A DNA stretch of 64,000 nucleotides from Cenococcum geophilum (lineage: Eukaryota). Below the pieces are notes generated by a model. That model worked only from the letters and a program-made list of their open reading frames with translations, did not search any database and was not told where the DNA came from. The translations under genes and the position numbers were made by a program. How positions within the stretch are numbered: position 1 is the first letter of the stretch; every line of letters starts with the position of its first letter. The DNA lies in NCBI GenBank assembly GCA_050273025.1, contig CP158636.1:12710001-12774000 (forward strand), written 5' to 3'. Positions 32,605 to 45,612 of the stretch are shown here, one piece after another.

Positions 32605-35600
32605 TGTCACAGTGCTGCAATAAAGTAGACTAAATAACTACGTTGTGGTATAAAGAGGGGAAGAAGGTAGAAAGGGGGTATTGTATATAAATAGTAGGGC
32701 CGGCCGCTAAGTCGCTAGTGGTGGGCTAGCCAATAGTAGGGAACAGTACGAGACAGTATAAAACAGTATACGTCAGGTCAGTGCCGTGACAGTACTCCTC
32801 TCCCCTAAACGGTTTAGTCCCTAAACTAAATAGATAACTTAAAAATAGGCAGTATATAGGGTTGCCTATTTTCTACCGCAAAGATATTAGTTCCGCTTAC
32901 CGCCCTTAACTAAACTAATAGCAATTTTCTATACCGGGTATGGAAAATCCTAATTAGTTAGTTTAGTAAGTAAGGTCGGCAGAACTCTACACCGCCACCT
33001 AAATCAGTCCGTATAGCGTTTCTTGGCGAGAATTTGGCCAATTAGATAACTTTAACCGCCGGTCGAAGTTCTATAACATCTCAACCACTATAAATTTTAA
33101 TGCGGTGGTTGGCCGCGACCTTAGCATGACTTTTCCTTATCTTATGCCCAGTCTGGGGGTCTTGGCTTCTTAAGGTGTTGCTTATAGAAGCGCTATACAG
33201 CTTATTTATAACCCTTTAGGTCTTCCTCTAGCTGCTAGGTTGTATCCTTATAATATTTCCATTTAATCTTATAAGTTAGGCCCTAGGGGTCTTCGTTGTA
33301 TATATTAAGGATTTTCTTAAACTCCCATTTATCTTCTATATTGCCGTTATTATCTCTCTCTGCTACTCGTCCTTGTACATTACGGCGCTCTATAATATTA
33401 ATATTTACTTAGCTAGGGATCTCTTTAGCAGCCTAAAGGCGGACCTTAGATGTATAAAAGGATTTATTTACTCAGATATAGTCTAGGAGGTCTACTATAA
33501 CTGCCCCTTAGTATACTGCGAGTACGGGGTACAGGCCGTCCCATTTATCGTCCCATTTCTTCTTAAGTCTATTTATCTTTATATTTTCTAAGCTAACTAT
33601 AACTATATTACCTTCGTAGAATAACGCGCTCTTATCCCTACGGGTATTAGCATTATCTTTATAGCGTTACTATAAAATCCGGGCTAGGGCCTTAAGCTAT
33701 ATTAATATCCGCTTAAAGCGGTTAGCCATAGAGTCTACGTAGAAGAACTCCTTCTTTGCTTGTGCTAATAGTATTAGTAGGCGGGGACTAGCAGGCTCAA
33801 TTCCGAGGTAAGGGTTAAAGCCATAGTTTACAAAAAACGGGGAGATGCCTATGCTCTTATTAACTTGGTTATTTATAGCAAACTTAGTAAGCGGTAGGTA
33901 GTTAACTTAGTTGTCCTATATAAAGCTAACAAAAGCACAAAGGTATTTATTTATGGCGGCGTTAATAATTTTAGTTTGGCCGTCCGTTTCTAGGTACTAG
34001 GCTAAGCTTAGTCGCAAGGTTATCTTAAGGCGTTTACTTAGTCGTTGCTAGAAGTTGCTAACAAATTATATGCCGCGATTGGAGATAATCGTGCTTAGTG
34101 CACCGTGGAGCTTATATACGTTATTAATAAAGCCATTAACTAACTCCTCTATTAAGAGTCCTGTTACTAGAACAAGGTATTATATTTTAGTTAGGCGGTC
34201 TATAATAACAAGGATATATTTATATGCCTTACCGTAGCGTTAGCATACTGGTAGCGTTATAATATAGTCGATTAAGATATCGGTCTACAGGCGGGCGGGT
34301 AATTCTAGTAGCTTTAGGAAACCGGGTAGGGTAGAACGGGGGGTCTTAGTACAAAAGTATAGGGCACAGTCTTTAACAAAGGTAGCCGTGAACTAGGAGA
34401 TTCCTAGCTACCAGTATATTTAGTTTAAGAGGTTAAGAGTCTTAACCTGGCTAGGGTAATTAGCGGGGCCGCTACTATAAGAGCGATAGGTAACTTCTAG
34501 GCGGAGGTCTAGGGCGTTAGGGATAAAGAAATGTTAGCGGAAGTAGATCTATCCGTTAACGATACTATATTCTAACTTATCGTAACAGAGTAATTTCCTA
34601 ATTTTCTTTGGCTAATGGCGAGCTTTCCAATTACACAGGGCTGCCACTATATCTCTTACGAGTTCGTTCTCCTGGTATCCTAGCTAAATTAACTTATTTA
34701 GTAACTTTTCGGCTATTTTAGGGTCTAAAGCGGCTATAAACTCCGCGTTGTTAGAGTTACAGGACTTGTGTAGTAATTCTTTTAAAATTATAGGGTTAAC
34801 TTTCTAGGGCGGTATAACGACTTAGGCTTAGTGGCGGAGGCGTTTATTATTAGCGTCCTTAAGCCTTATTCCTAGTAGCTGGCTTAGGGTATTAGGGAGC
34901 GTGGCTTTACTACTAGGTCTATATATAATTACAAAGTTAAACTATAAAAGAAACTCTGCCTACTAGACTTAGCACTAGTTTAGCTGCTTAGTAGTTATAA
35001 ACGTCTATAGGTTCTTATAGTTGGTGATAATTTTAAACGGCTCCTTAGTCCCTTATAGCTTAGGACGCTATTCCTCTAAAGCCTTAATAATAGCTAGGAG
35101 TTCTTTATTATAGATCTTATAGTTATATTCCGGCGTAGAGTGCTTTACAGAGAAGAATGCGACCAGTCTTAATTTTCTGTCGTTATTATATTGGGAAAGG
35201 ACTCCGCTAGAAGCCCAATTTAATGCGTCTATCTCTACCACTGTTTTCTTCATGTAGTTATAGTATGCTAGTACTAGTGCTGAAGTAAAGGCTCCCTTAA
35301 GGGCCTTAAACGATTTGGCTTGTTCTAGTCCCTATAGCCATCCAATATCCTTCTTTAGAAGTTTTATTATAGGTATAGCGATAGTAGAGTAGCCTTAGAT
35401 AAATCGTTAGTAGAAGTTTGCGAAGCCGAGAAATTATTGTAGTTCTTTAATTAATATCGGGTCCTTCTATTCCTGTAAGGCCTGTATCTTCTTAGGGTCT
35501 ATAGTTATACCATTAGTCGAGATAATTAAGCTAAGATATTTTGTTTTAGTAGAGTAGAACTCAGACTTATTAATATTAATCTAAAGTCTAGCATTGCCGA

Positions 35601-38600
35601 GTTTTTAAATAACTTCATTTACATACTTAGTGTGCTCGGCGCGTGTTTTAGAAAAGATAAGGACGTTATTAAGGTAGGTAGTATAGTAGTCGTTAAGGGC
35701 GTTATATAGAATATGGTTAATATAGTTTTAAAATATAGCGGGTGCGTTATAAAGGCTAAATAGTATAATTAGTATTTTATAGAGTCCGAACTGGGTAATA
35801 AATGCTATAAGCTACTTATAGCCCTTTATAATCCAGATCCGGTTAAACACAGTAATTATATTAAGTTTAGTAAAGTACTTAGCGCCATAAAGTGCGTTAA
35901 GTATCTCGCGGATTAGTGGCAGTAGGTATCGATTCTTAATAGTGACTATATTTAGGCCTCGGTAGTTATAGTAAATTTATATACCGCCGCCAGGCTTAGC
36001 AGTGAGGAGGAGTAGTATAGTAGCTAGTAAGGTTAATTTGCGGATAAAACCCTTATCTAGTATCTTATTAATCTACTTCTTTACATACCTAAGTTTAGTA
36101 GGTAAGAGTGGTCTATTTTTATAGTATGGGGCCTAGTTTCTGGGGGTAATCTTAATTTTATAGTTCTATAGTCGGTAAGGGGGCAGCTTATCTACGTTCT
36201 TAGGGAGGAAGTGCTTAATATATTTACTAAACTCCTTTAGTAAGCGTTATAGAATGTCTTCGCGGGTTAATCCTGGTTTGCCTTTTAGGAATTTTTTAAT
36301 ATCAGTGTCAACTATCTTCCGACGTAAAAGCTTGGGTTTAGTTTTTAGATTTGTCTTAAGAAAGTTATAGAAATAGGGGGGGAGCGCTTTATAGGCTTCC
36401 TTTATTATATAGTCGCCTTCCACTAGCTAGCGGAAAGACCTTTCTAATAGGTTTAGTACTTCTATTAGGCCTATAGGCAGCTCTTTAAGCAGCTGTTAGT
36501 GCTTATCTTGTTTAACTAGTTCTACTAACTCCGCTATATAGATCCTTATTACCTTTACGTCTTTTTATTTATAGAACTAGGTAAAATTAATAGTATAGGT
36601 GCATTTAATATCGTCCAGGTTGGGGCGTATCTAGCTCTCCGGTGCTACGGCTAGGCTAGTATAGCTTAGTTAGCCTAGGGGGGCGGAAATAAGGCGGCGG
36701 CCCTATATGGTACGCGTGGAAGACGGGTATAAGGTTAGGCGTTACGGTGGCGCGGTTTCTATTATCCGGGTCTTAATAGTTCTATAGCCAGTCCTTACTA
36801 TAACGCGAGCTGTAGTATACGCATATGGCATATAGCTTAGTTTTAGGTATTGGGCTAGGCGGCTAGGGTTTAAATAGTGCCTAGGTTAGGGTTAGTTTCT
36901 TAGTAGTGGCGGCGCAAAGCGGACCTTCTTCCTTGGTCTCGGCAGGGCTGGCTAGCCTATTATTTTAGTCTTAAGTACTAGGTTAGTCTAGTCTTCTACT
37001 ATCTCGTTTCTTTACAGCTATACAGGCTCCCCTTTATTAGGAACGTCTTCTACTATTAGGGCTTTATATATAGTCCTAGGCACTAGGCTTAGTAGTGCTA
37101 AGTATCCATATAGGGCATCCCTACTAACGTCGGCTATCCCCTATAGGAGGTAGTGCCTAAAGCAGTAGTCTAAGTTAAAGTAGATCTTAAGTTTCCTAAA
37201 GCTAGAACGGGGCTTATGCTTCTAAAGCCAGGGCATACCTAGAATAATTAGGGTAGTGGGTAAGAGTTTAGTAATAAAAAAGAGTATAGCTTTAGTATAG
37301 AGGCCGATTAATATTTAGGTGGTAAAGTAGTCTATAACAAGCGAAGTTAGGATACTATCTGCAAGGCGCAATGGCCTAAGTGCTAGCAGCTTCTTAGTTA
37401 TAACGTTATACTTTCTTATAATAGACTCTGCGTCGGTAAATGCCATTATAGTACTACCAGAGTCTACTAGGCTTACTATATTAATATAAACTTAGGGGTA
37501 TAGGTTACGTAATAAGGAGAGTTAGGTTTAAATAAGGATTAATTTCTTATTACTATTTACTAATCTAAGATTAAGTAGCAGTTTACTAATAGAAAGGACT
37601 AATTAATCTAGTAACAGGGACCTAATCTTCTCGTCTTCCTCCTTATATAGTTTAGACCCTTAGGCGCGACTTAGTTTAAGGGTCTACCTTTTAACGACTG
37701 GGGTACGGGGCTGTCTTAGCGGGGTGGTCCAGTGTCCGTCTAGCTGGCGGTGTTTATCTCTATTTCGGTCGGGGTATAAAAAGATAATACCTCGCCGATA
37801 ACATGGCCGTGTTTATATTTACTAGCGCGAAGTCACTAATACTAGGCGTTGTTAATGGGTTAGGCTCCTATATAGGGCATAGTTTAGAGTAACTAAGCCG
37901 TAGGGTTAAAGGGGGGGGGGTCGTCCGCCGCGGCTATAATAGGCTTCGCGGTTGCCGCGTCTATAATAGACTCTACAATTGCCGCGTCCGCGGTTATTTA
38001 TTTACATCGTTTAACAGGGTAGCATTAGGACTAGGTTTACTATCTTAGTAGGGTTATAGGCATCCTTTTAGTAGCTGGGCAGGCCACAGGCAAGGCACAG
38101 TCTATTATTAATATAGCGCTTACGCTTCGTATCTAAGATTCCATTAAGGTCTATAGGTTCTCCAGTTACTGCTAGGGTTAGGGTTAATATAGGGGCAGGG
38201 GCTTAGACAGGTAGGCGGTGGTTAGCGTTCTTCTTAAGGTTGGCTTAGTGTACATAGTTTATAAGGTTCTTAGCAAATATATCTATCTGCTTGCTCCAAC
38301 CTATATAGTCGCTATTATTAATTTTATAGGCCAGTCTAAGTACTAGCTCTTCCATCTTTAGAGAAATAAACTTTTAAAGTAGGTCCACCTTTTATTTGTC
38401 TGTCTTCTTAGCGCGGACCATTAGCTCATTAAGCTCTCCCTTCTAAAACTAGTAATTACGCTCGCCTTAGGGGAAATGGTTAAGCTTATTCTTTGCGACC
38501 TAGGTTATATTAAGGACCTTATAGTAGGCAGTAAGGTCTTTAAGCATATCTTCCTTAGTAGGCCATTTCCACGCAGATATATTGTTTAGGTTCTTATATA

Positions 38601-39520
38601 TAAGCTCTAGGCCCTACTTAATAAACTTATAGGCCTTGTCCTTTAGTATATTTAAGATGTAAAGGATCTGGGACTAAACTATATTAAAGTAGTCCCAGTC
38701 CCAGTCGAAGACTCCCTTAATCTTAATATGCTAGGTCTTAAAATTAGCTTATTATTCTAGCGGAGTGCCTTTTCCGCTAAATATTGGCGGGTCTTTAGAT
38801 CTCTATTTTTTTTACTAGGTTACTACCGTTATTATAGGGGTTAATTGTTTTAGAATAGTAATAGTCTTTGCTTAGAAGTTAATAGTTCCTATCTAGGAAG
38901 CGATAAGGGCACTAAGGTTTTCGTTAGCTTTTTTATTAGTGGTATTTATATTATACATACACTATAGTCCTACTTTAATATTATTAAGGAACTCATTAGT
39001 ATAGTTAACAAGGGTAAGGTAAGCTTTGCTAGGCTTAAAAGTCTTAGGGTATAGTAGGGAGCGGCGGATTATCTACACGATATTAGGGTATATTTCTGTA
39101 AATAGGTCTACAAAAACGTCGCGGGGGTTCTAGGTTTCGGCCATTTCGGCGTTATTAGTGTCGCCCATCTAGGCACTGGGTAAAAACTAAGGATTATTCT
39201 AGGACTGTGCTAGGGACGTATTAGTTTTAGCAGAGGCGCGTATAGGTCGCAATTGCTTTAGGGCGAAGGTTAATTAGCTAGGGTACGGGGAATTAGTGAT
39301 CGCGATAGGGCGCAAATTAAAGATACCACAAACTGTTACAGTGCTGCAATAAAGTAGACTAAATAACTACGTTGTGGTATAAAGAGGGGAAGAAGGTAGA
39401 AAGGGGGTATTGTATATAAATAGTAGGGCCGGCCGCCAAGTCGCTAGTAGTGGGCCAGCTAACAGTAGGGAATAGTACGAGATAGTATGAAACAGTATGC
39501 GTCAGGTCAGTGCCGTAATA
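32605..39520 (-). mobile_element. Full-length Gypsy chromovirus C, RIP-inactivated
   Basis: 187-bp LTRs at 32605-32791 and 39334-39520; TSD TTATT (32600-32604, 39521-39525); PPT ggggagaggag on the minus strand; TGGTATC next to the 5' LTR. Protease LVDSG ~37460, RT YLNNVLIF ~35670, RNase H EIDA...IYNKELLAI (ORF 35068-35253), integrase and chromodomain. Confidence 0.95.
32912..32962 (+). promoter_or_regulatory. CCAAT-flanked palindrome module, copy 2 (core 32923-32949)
   Basis: aATTTTCtATACC-G-GGTATGGAAAATC; paired A/T replaces the C/G of the other copies. Confidence 0.6.
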
Positions 39521-41117
39521 TTATTATTATCTTCCCTTTGCTAGAAATAATTAGAAGCTAGCTTTATTATACCTAGCTCTACTATACCTAGTAATTAAAA
39601 GCCTAGGGAAGTTAAAAGCGCCCCTTACTAAGACGCGCGTTATAAAACTCTACTTGTGACTAAAGGGAGCTATATAGATAAATCCGACCTAGGTATTATA
39701 GATTTAAGTAAGGCATTTTGCTAAAAATTATTTAAGAAAGAGCAAGCGGTTCCTTAGGATATATTATTTCGTAATAATCTCTTTAAATTAGCTTATTGGA
39801 AAATGCGAAATAGGAACGAGGCTAGAGTTATCTAAGATATTACTTAATTAGTTGTTCCTTTTATAGAAACCTTTGCTATATATAGCGCCACCTCTCTTTA
39901 GTGCTTAGTTAAAAGCGTTAATAAAGGCTGGAATAATTTAATCCCTATTACTTAGACTCGCCCGCAGCCTAATTATACTATAGGATTTAGGCAAAAAGCG
40001 TTTATAGATAATCAGCTTAGTAAGCTTCAGCCCTTTATTAGCGAGCTTATGGATAACTTCTTCTTTATAGCTATATACTACTAGTACTTCCTGTTTTTAA
40101 TGTGCGAAGTTAAGTATAGCGCCGCGGCACTTAATATTACGGACTAGCAAAATGCCTATAGCATAACTCTTATAGTAAGAGGTATTGTTAAGCTCTTCTA
40201 ACTTATAGAGCGCGAAAAAGAGCTTTACTAAGAAAATTTTGCCTTCTTAATCTTATATAATTACTAGACTGTAAAAATATACGGCTACTACCCTATAATT
40301 AATAGGCCTAAGACTACCTTCTACCGCCACCTAATCTACACGTTTAACTTTACGGAATTAAATGGAAAAGAAAAATAGACGGTGTATAAGTTTACTAAGA
40401 ATGTCTATAATATATAGATACTAACTTACTTTAAAAGGCTCTGCTTAGTTGTTAATAAGTTACCCCCTAATTTAGATTTTAAGGTTTCGCGGTAATTAGA
40501 ACTATAGTTTCTAAAGGGTTCCGGACTTTTATAGAAGTTAGAAAGTTATTATCTCTTAAAATATAATACTAATTCTACATCTTTGCTTAGGGAATATAAT
40601 AGTTAGTTAGATCTATAAGACAATACTCTAAATACTTCTATAACTAAAGGAACTAAGCGGGCTATATTTAAAAGGCTAAAGAAAAGGTATACTATAAAAG
40701 AGGGGCGCTAAGGAATAAACTTAAGGACGGCTATAGGACTAGTTAAACCGTCCTGGATATATCTAAGGACCCGTAATAAGGCGTACTTAAGGTTATTAGT
40801 ATCCTCTCTTCCTTATCTTTATTAGTTTAGAGCGGCGTAGTGTTATACTTTAATGACTAGGCTTAGAGCATACTAACCCTAGTTAATAGTAAAACCTAGT
40901 AGGGGAAGGGTCCTTAAAAAACAGTAGCTTTTAGCGTACGTAGGCTAAGTGCTCCTAGTAAACGTATTATATTTCTATATTACTAAAAAGCTTTTATATC
41001 TCCCTTATATATTAGATATAGCCTACGCTATATATAAGTGTTATAAACTCCACTAACTAAGAATAACCCTAGTATTAAGGCGGAAGCTATTAGTGATTTT
41101 TTTAGACTAGAGCTAAT

Positions 41118-42760
41118 ATGGAGCTCTAGGATGGACTAAGGCTTACCCTAAAGTGGATACGTAGGCGCTTATTAGGTTTAGCGCTCCTCTTTATTAATTA
41201 GGCAGACGTAAATCCTCTTCCCCTACCTTCTATCCGCCTATCTCTCCGTCTCCCTCCTACTCTCTCTTTATCTCCCTTACTCTCTCTCTTTATCTTCCTT
41301 ACTCTCTCCCTCTATCTCCCTTACTCTCTCTCTATCTCTCTTACTCTCTCTCTTTATTTCTCTCGCTCTCTCTACTATCTCTCTAAAGCCATTTAATCCT
41401 ATTTAGTTTGGCGAGCCTACTTATATTAGCGCTGTCGTTTTCCCTACGCCTCCCTCCACAGACCATTCCCGCCTTTAGTCTTTATTTGTACTAGTAGCTA
41501 TAAATAGCATATTTAGCATTTTAGAAGAGCTTTTAGATCTTATATAGTTATTTATTACTGCTAGATTCTACTTATAGGATATCCGTAGGACCTATAAAGT
41601 ATTTAAGCGCGTCTCCTATAAGACCTTTATGGATACCTTTATATATAAAGGAAGCCTGCTAATTTTTATAGATAAGCTAGACCTTAAATACGCAATAGAA
41701 CTGTTAATAAGCGTATATAGGATATCTATTAGATTAACTTATATCTTCTCCCGTAACTAGGTAACTAAAAAAGATCTATAAAGTTAGGTTTACTAGGTCC
41801 CTAAGGATCTTGCTTATATTAATTAAATTATACTTCCCTAGATTATATTATTCTAGGAGAACTAGGCCAAAATCTAGGAAACCAATTTAGATATGGAAAT
41901 GCTAGCAACTACTATTAAAAACCTAGATTACTAAGAAATTACTATTAGGCTACCTAATTTTGGTAATAGCGTTTGGTAAGGAACCTACTCGCTATATAGA
42001 TTTAATTGACTTTTACAGGAGAACGGCGCGCCGTTGGTTTACTATATAATGGCTAGGAATACCCTTAATTATATTAGCCAGATCTTTAGGAGGATACTCA
42101 CAGCAATATAAGCGGCAGAACGCGATGTAGAGGTCACAGGTATTGCTATTTCCTCGGCGCATCCTCCGGAATAGAGAACTGAGGATTTTAAAGATAGGGT
42201 GTAAAAGTATATTACTTTCTATAGGGCACTCTTAAAAGGTATAGACGTTAGTTTTAAGGTCTAATTACGCCTAAAACCTATAGTAGCGGCATTTAGTAAC
42301 CTAAAGTTATTGCATAACGGATCACAATTATATTTTTTAATAAAGCTTTTCCGGACGGCCGAATACCTTAAACTTAATACCCCTCTATAGTATACGTTAC
42401 GAGATACCATTCTATTTAGAGAGTTTATAAACCTACGCCGTTTATATTTGCGGTTTTTAAACTTTAGTAATAATCCAGCCAAGTTAGTTAAATTCCTTTT
42501 ATAACTGCTAAAATAAATAGAATTAATGGAATTGGCTAAACTACGTTCTAGCTTAAAGAATTATTAAATTTACTTCTTAACTACCCTAACCAATTATAAT
42601 CTGTTTTTTTAGTTATGCTTTTTTATATTAAGTTTTGACGAGCTATATAGAAAGGAACTATAGTGTCTTAATAGATATATGGGCGCATGTTTACTAGAGC
42701 CAGAAAAAGTTAAGAAGGGTTTCCATTAGCTATAAGAGTTAGTTATAAGGTTATACGTTT
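41118..42760 (+). pseudogene. RIP-destroyed gene, possibly an F-box protein, with CT-rich ~23-bp repeats (41230-41390) near its 5' end
   Basis: Long single frame with TAA/TAG stops; ELLDLI*LFIT...L*DIRRTYKVFKRVS at ~41530-41620 resembles an F-box. Start uncertain. Confidence 0.4.
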
Positions 42761-42883
42761 AGTAACCATTCTAAGGTCTATATAGCCAGGAGAAGCTACA
42801 CTAAAGCTAATATTCTAGCCATAGTAGATAGTCAACTATAAAATATTACTTATATACATTTAATTAATATATATTACTTAACT

Positions 42884-43467
42884 ATGCCTTCTAATTATAC
42901 TTCTAATAATATAGACTTTGTTCTACCGACTTAGTATTTAATTCTACTAACTTAGAAAGCAAAACAACTATCCCAGCAGCCGTGGCCATTGCCCTACTTT
43001 AAGCCCTTATATATCGCGAATTTCGACAACTATAGCACCCTAAATCTTCCTCCTATTATAATACGTATAAGCAGTTCCAGAAGGACCTTTAGTAGGCTCT
43101 CTTTAAGCAGTTAACTTACCGGCGAGTGTATACTTGGGAGAGGCCATTATAATACTCTATAAGTAATATTTTATGGCACCTTATAAAGGGTTATAAGCTT
43201 ATAAAGCTGTTTACGCGGCGTAAGTAGAAGTACTACTCTACTTATATTAAAGCTAGTAGGAAGACTTAAATATAATATAGAGGACATAGGAAGCCTCTCT
43301 TAGACCTCTCACTAAATATAACTCGTAAATCTTATAATAGTGGGAATTGGAGGAGGCCTCGCAGAGCTCTAAGAACTCTATACGGCTGTTCTATTTGCCG
43401 TATACTATTCTATAGGAAGGATAGCTATTAGTTTCCTTATACTAAGCGACTCAGCTCTAAAGATTGA
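42884..43467 (+). mobile_element. Internally deleted piggyBac transposase (N-terminus joined to the Cys-rich C-terminus)
   Basis: N-terminal QPWPLPYFKPL...TLNLPP is homologous to EPWLLPNFIPF...APNLP of the 24.6-26.9 kb element. C-terminal YGCSICRILF[Y>C]RKDS[Y>C]; no DDD core between them. Confidence 0.7.
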
Positions 43468-44527
43468 GTGTAAATAGTAATTATATACTAAAATTAACGA
43501 CTTTTTACCTTATAGATTTGATTATAGAGCCTTAATACTATAGATCCTATTAGTTAGCTTTTATCGATAACCGTAGGATATATTTTACTAGGTAAAGGGA
43601 TAACGTCCATCCCTAGGTCGCGTAAAACCTACCATACCGTAAAATATAAGGGGTACTTTAATATTAAGCGACTATAACTATGCGCATACGTAGATATTTA
43701 CTATAATTCTATATTAGTCGTATGCTATAGCTACTTTTAAACATTTAGAACTCCTTCTATCTAAAAATTATCTTATATATTGTTGCCTTCGCGCCTAATA
43801 CGCAGAGAGTCTTATTCTTTAACGAAACAGAGTTTCTTTTCTATAGCACTACCGTAAGGCTCTAATAACTTTATAATACTTATAACGGTACTACCTAAGC
43901 CTAAAAACCTTATTATAATGCTAGGAAGTTATTATTAGCCTTATATCTACTATCGCGTAGGGTTATAACCCTAGTTGGTACCTCTAATTAGGAGTAATTA
44001 CCCGTTTTAGCTAGTGCAAAACAGCTATATAATTATCACATTATAATCTATTTATAGCAGCCGCTAAGCTAGCTTATAGCTCTTATACCTATAGCTATAT
44101 AATATTTTAGTAAGCGGGGCTTACCCTAACCCGTAGCTATACCTCTAGTAAACCAACTTACCTCTTTTAGAATTCGCCACCATATAAGGGTGTGGCCGGT
44201 ACGGGTTAGCCGCCCTTCTTATTAGCGCTGGCAAACTGCAGAGAGCTTTAGGCGAATTCTTATACTAGAAGTACTGCTACTTTTCCTATACTTAAATAGC
44301 GCAGGGAAAGATTAAACGCCAGTTTGGCTAAACGTTTCTCCTAGCCGTATAGAAGACCACTTAGGTTTAATACCTACATTCTTAGTCTCGTCAAGCTAAA
44401 GATGGACTACTACACTTTCTATATTATAAGAGCGGCTCTATAGCCTTGTGGAGTCCTAAGTATACTACTACATATTTTTTATTAAATCTAGTCGCTTTAC
44501 TAAGCCTTCCTGCTTACCCCTCTAGCT

Positions 44528-45460
44528 ATACCCAAGTATAACCTCCGCCTACTCGCCCTTAATGGCGGCGGCGTCCGCGGCCTATTAACGCTTTAGATCT
44601 TAAAGCAGCTTATAAACACTATTGACCCAAAATCACCGCCGAAGTCTTGCGACTACTTTAATATAATTAGAGGCACTAGCACCGGCGGGTCTGTCTATAT
44701 TAATTACTTTACTAGATTTAAGGCTGACGAGAAGCGTAGGCTTATAGCCGTTATACTTAGTCGGCTTTAGATAACGGTTAATAAGTATATTAATGTATAT
44801 ATCTCGCTATTAGACAGGATCTTCTAAAAGTAAAGACACTATATGATGATCAAAGGCCGGGTTTAAGGACGATTTAATTTAGATAAGCTAGAGTGTATAA
44901 TTAAAGAAATTGTTACAAGGTAAGGTCTAGTAGAGGATGCGCTATTAAAGGACGCTCTAGATACAAATTGCAAAGTATAGGTAGTTATCCACCTATATAC
45001 GAGGCTGTAGTAATATTAACAAGTATAATATAGATTTATGTGTATAATAAGTAATAAAACGGGTGATATAGTGCGACTTACTAGCTACCGGTTACCACGC
45101 GGCCGCGAATAACTGCTCCGTACAACTAAGATATGGGAAGTAGGCCGAGCAACGTCGGCAGCCTCGTCCTTCTTTAATCTTATTATAATCGGCGATTTTA
45201 AGGAGAGTTTTATTAATGGGGCTATAGGGGCAAATAACCTAGTGTATAAGGTATAGAATAAGGCTTAAGATATATGGCCGTCTGGCTCGCTTAAAGATAA
45301 GATTAAGTGTTTAGTGTTAATTAGGACTAGCGTTCCATCGCTTACGCCGTTTAAGGACAATCTAATTAGTATTAGCTAGAGTCTTTTAGCGATTACTATA
45401 GAGACGGAAAAGACAGTAGAATGATTCTCCTGTAATAAATTAAGGCTAGATAATACGGGC
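44528..45460 (+). pseudogene. Patatin-like phospholipase, RIP-mutated, 3'-truncated
   Basis: LRLLAL[N>D]GGGVRGL...CDYFNII[R>G]GTSTGG | intron | LIAVILSRL...IWEVGRATSAASSFF...[N>D]GAIGANN...LVLI[R>G]T[S>G]VP, i.e. the DGGG, GTSTG and DGA motifs. Confidence 0.9.
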
Positions 45461-45612
45461 TCTACTTCTTTCTATGCACGCTCCGCTTCTTCTCATCTAC
45501 GCTACTCTTCTTCTTGTTTATACTGCTCTTCTTATTATCCGCGTTACTTTTCTTACTATTTGCGTTGCTCTTTAAGGAAAAGCTATTTGTAATTGGGTAA
45601 CTGTTAGGCTAT
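45455..45612 (-). pseudogene. N-terminal E/R-rich coiled-coil stub of a convergent gene
   Basis: (M)A*QLPNYK*LFLKEQRK...EEE*RR*EEAERA*KEVE ends directly against the truncated patatin. Confidence 0.5.

Larger units (their letters stand above)
32111..40711 (+). pseudogene. DUF7924-like (PD-(D/E)XK-nuclease-like) fungal gene, RIP-mutated, split by Gypsy C
   Basis: EEEGTWPKEYF...HLLARKK | ...RNRNEARVI*DIT...ESVNKGWNNLIP...RPQPNYTIGF...YFLFLMCEVK...ALNITD*QNAYS...KIYGYYPII. The frame resumes after the TSD at 39521-39525. Confidence 0.75.
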
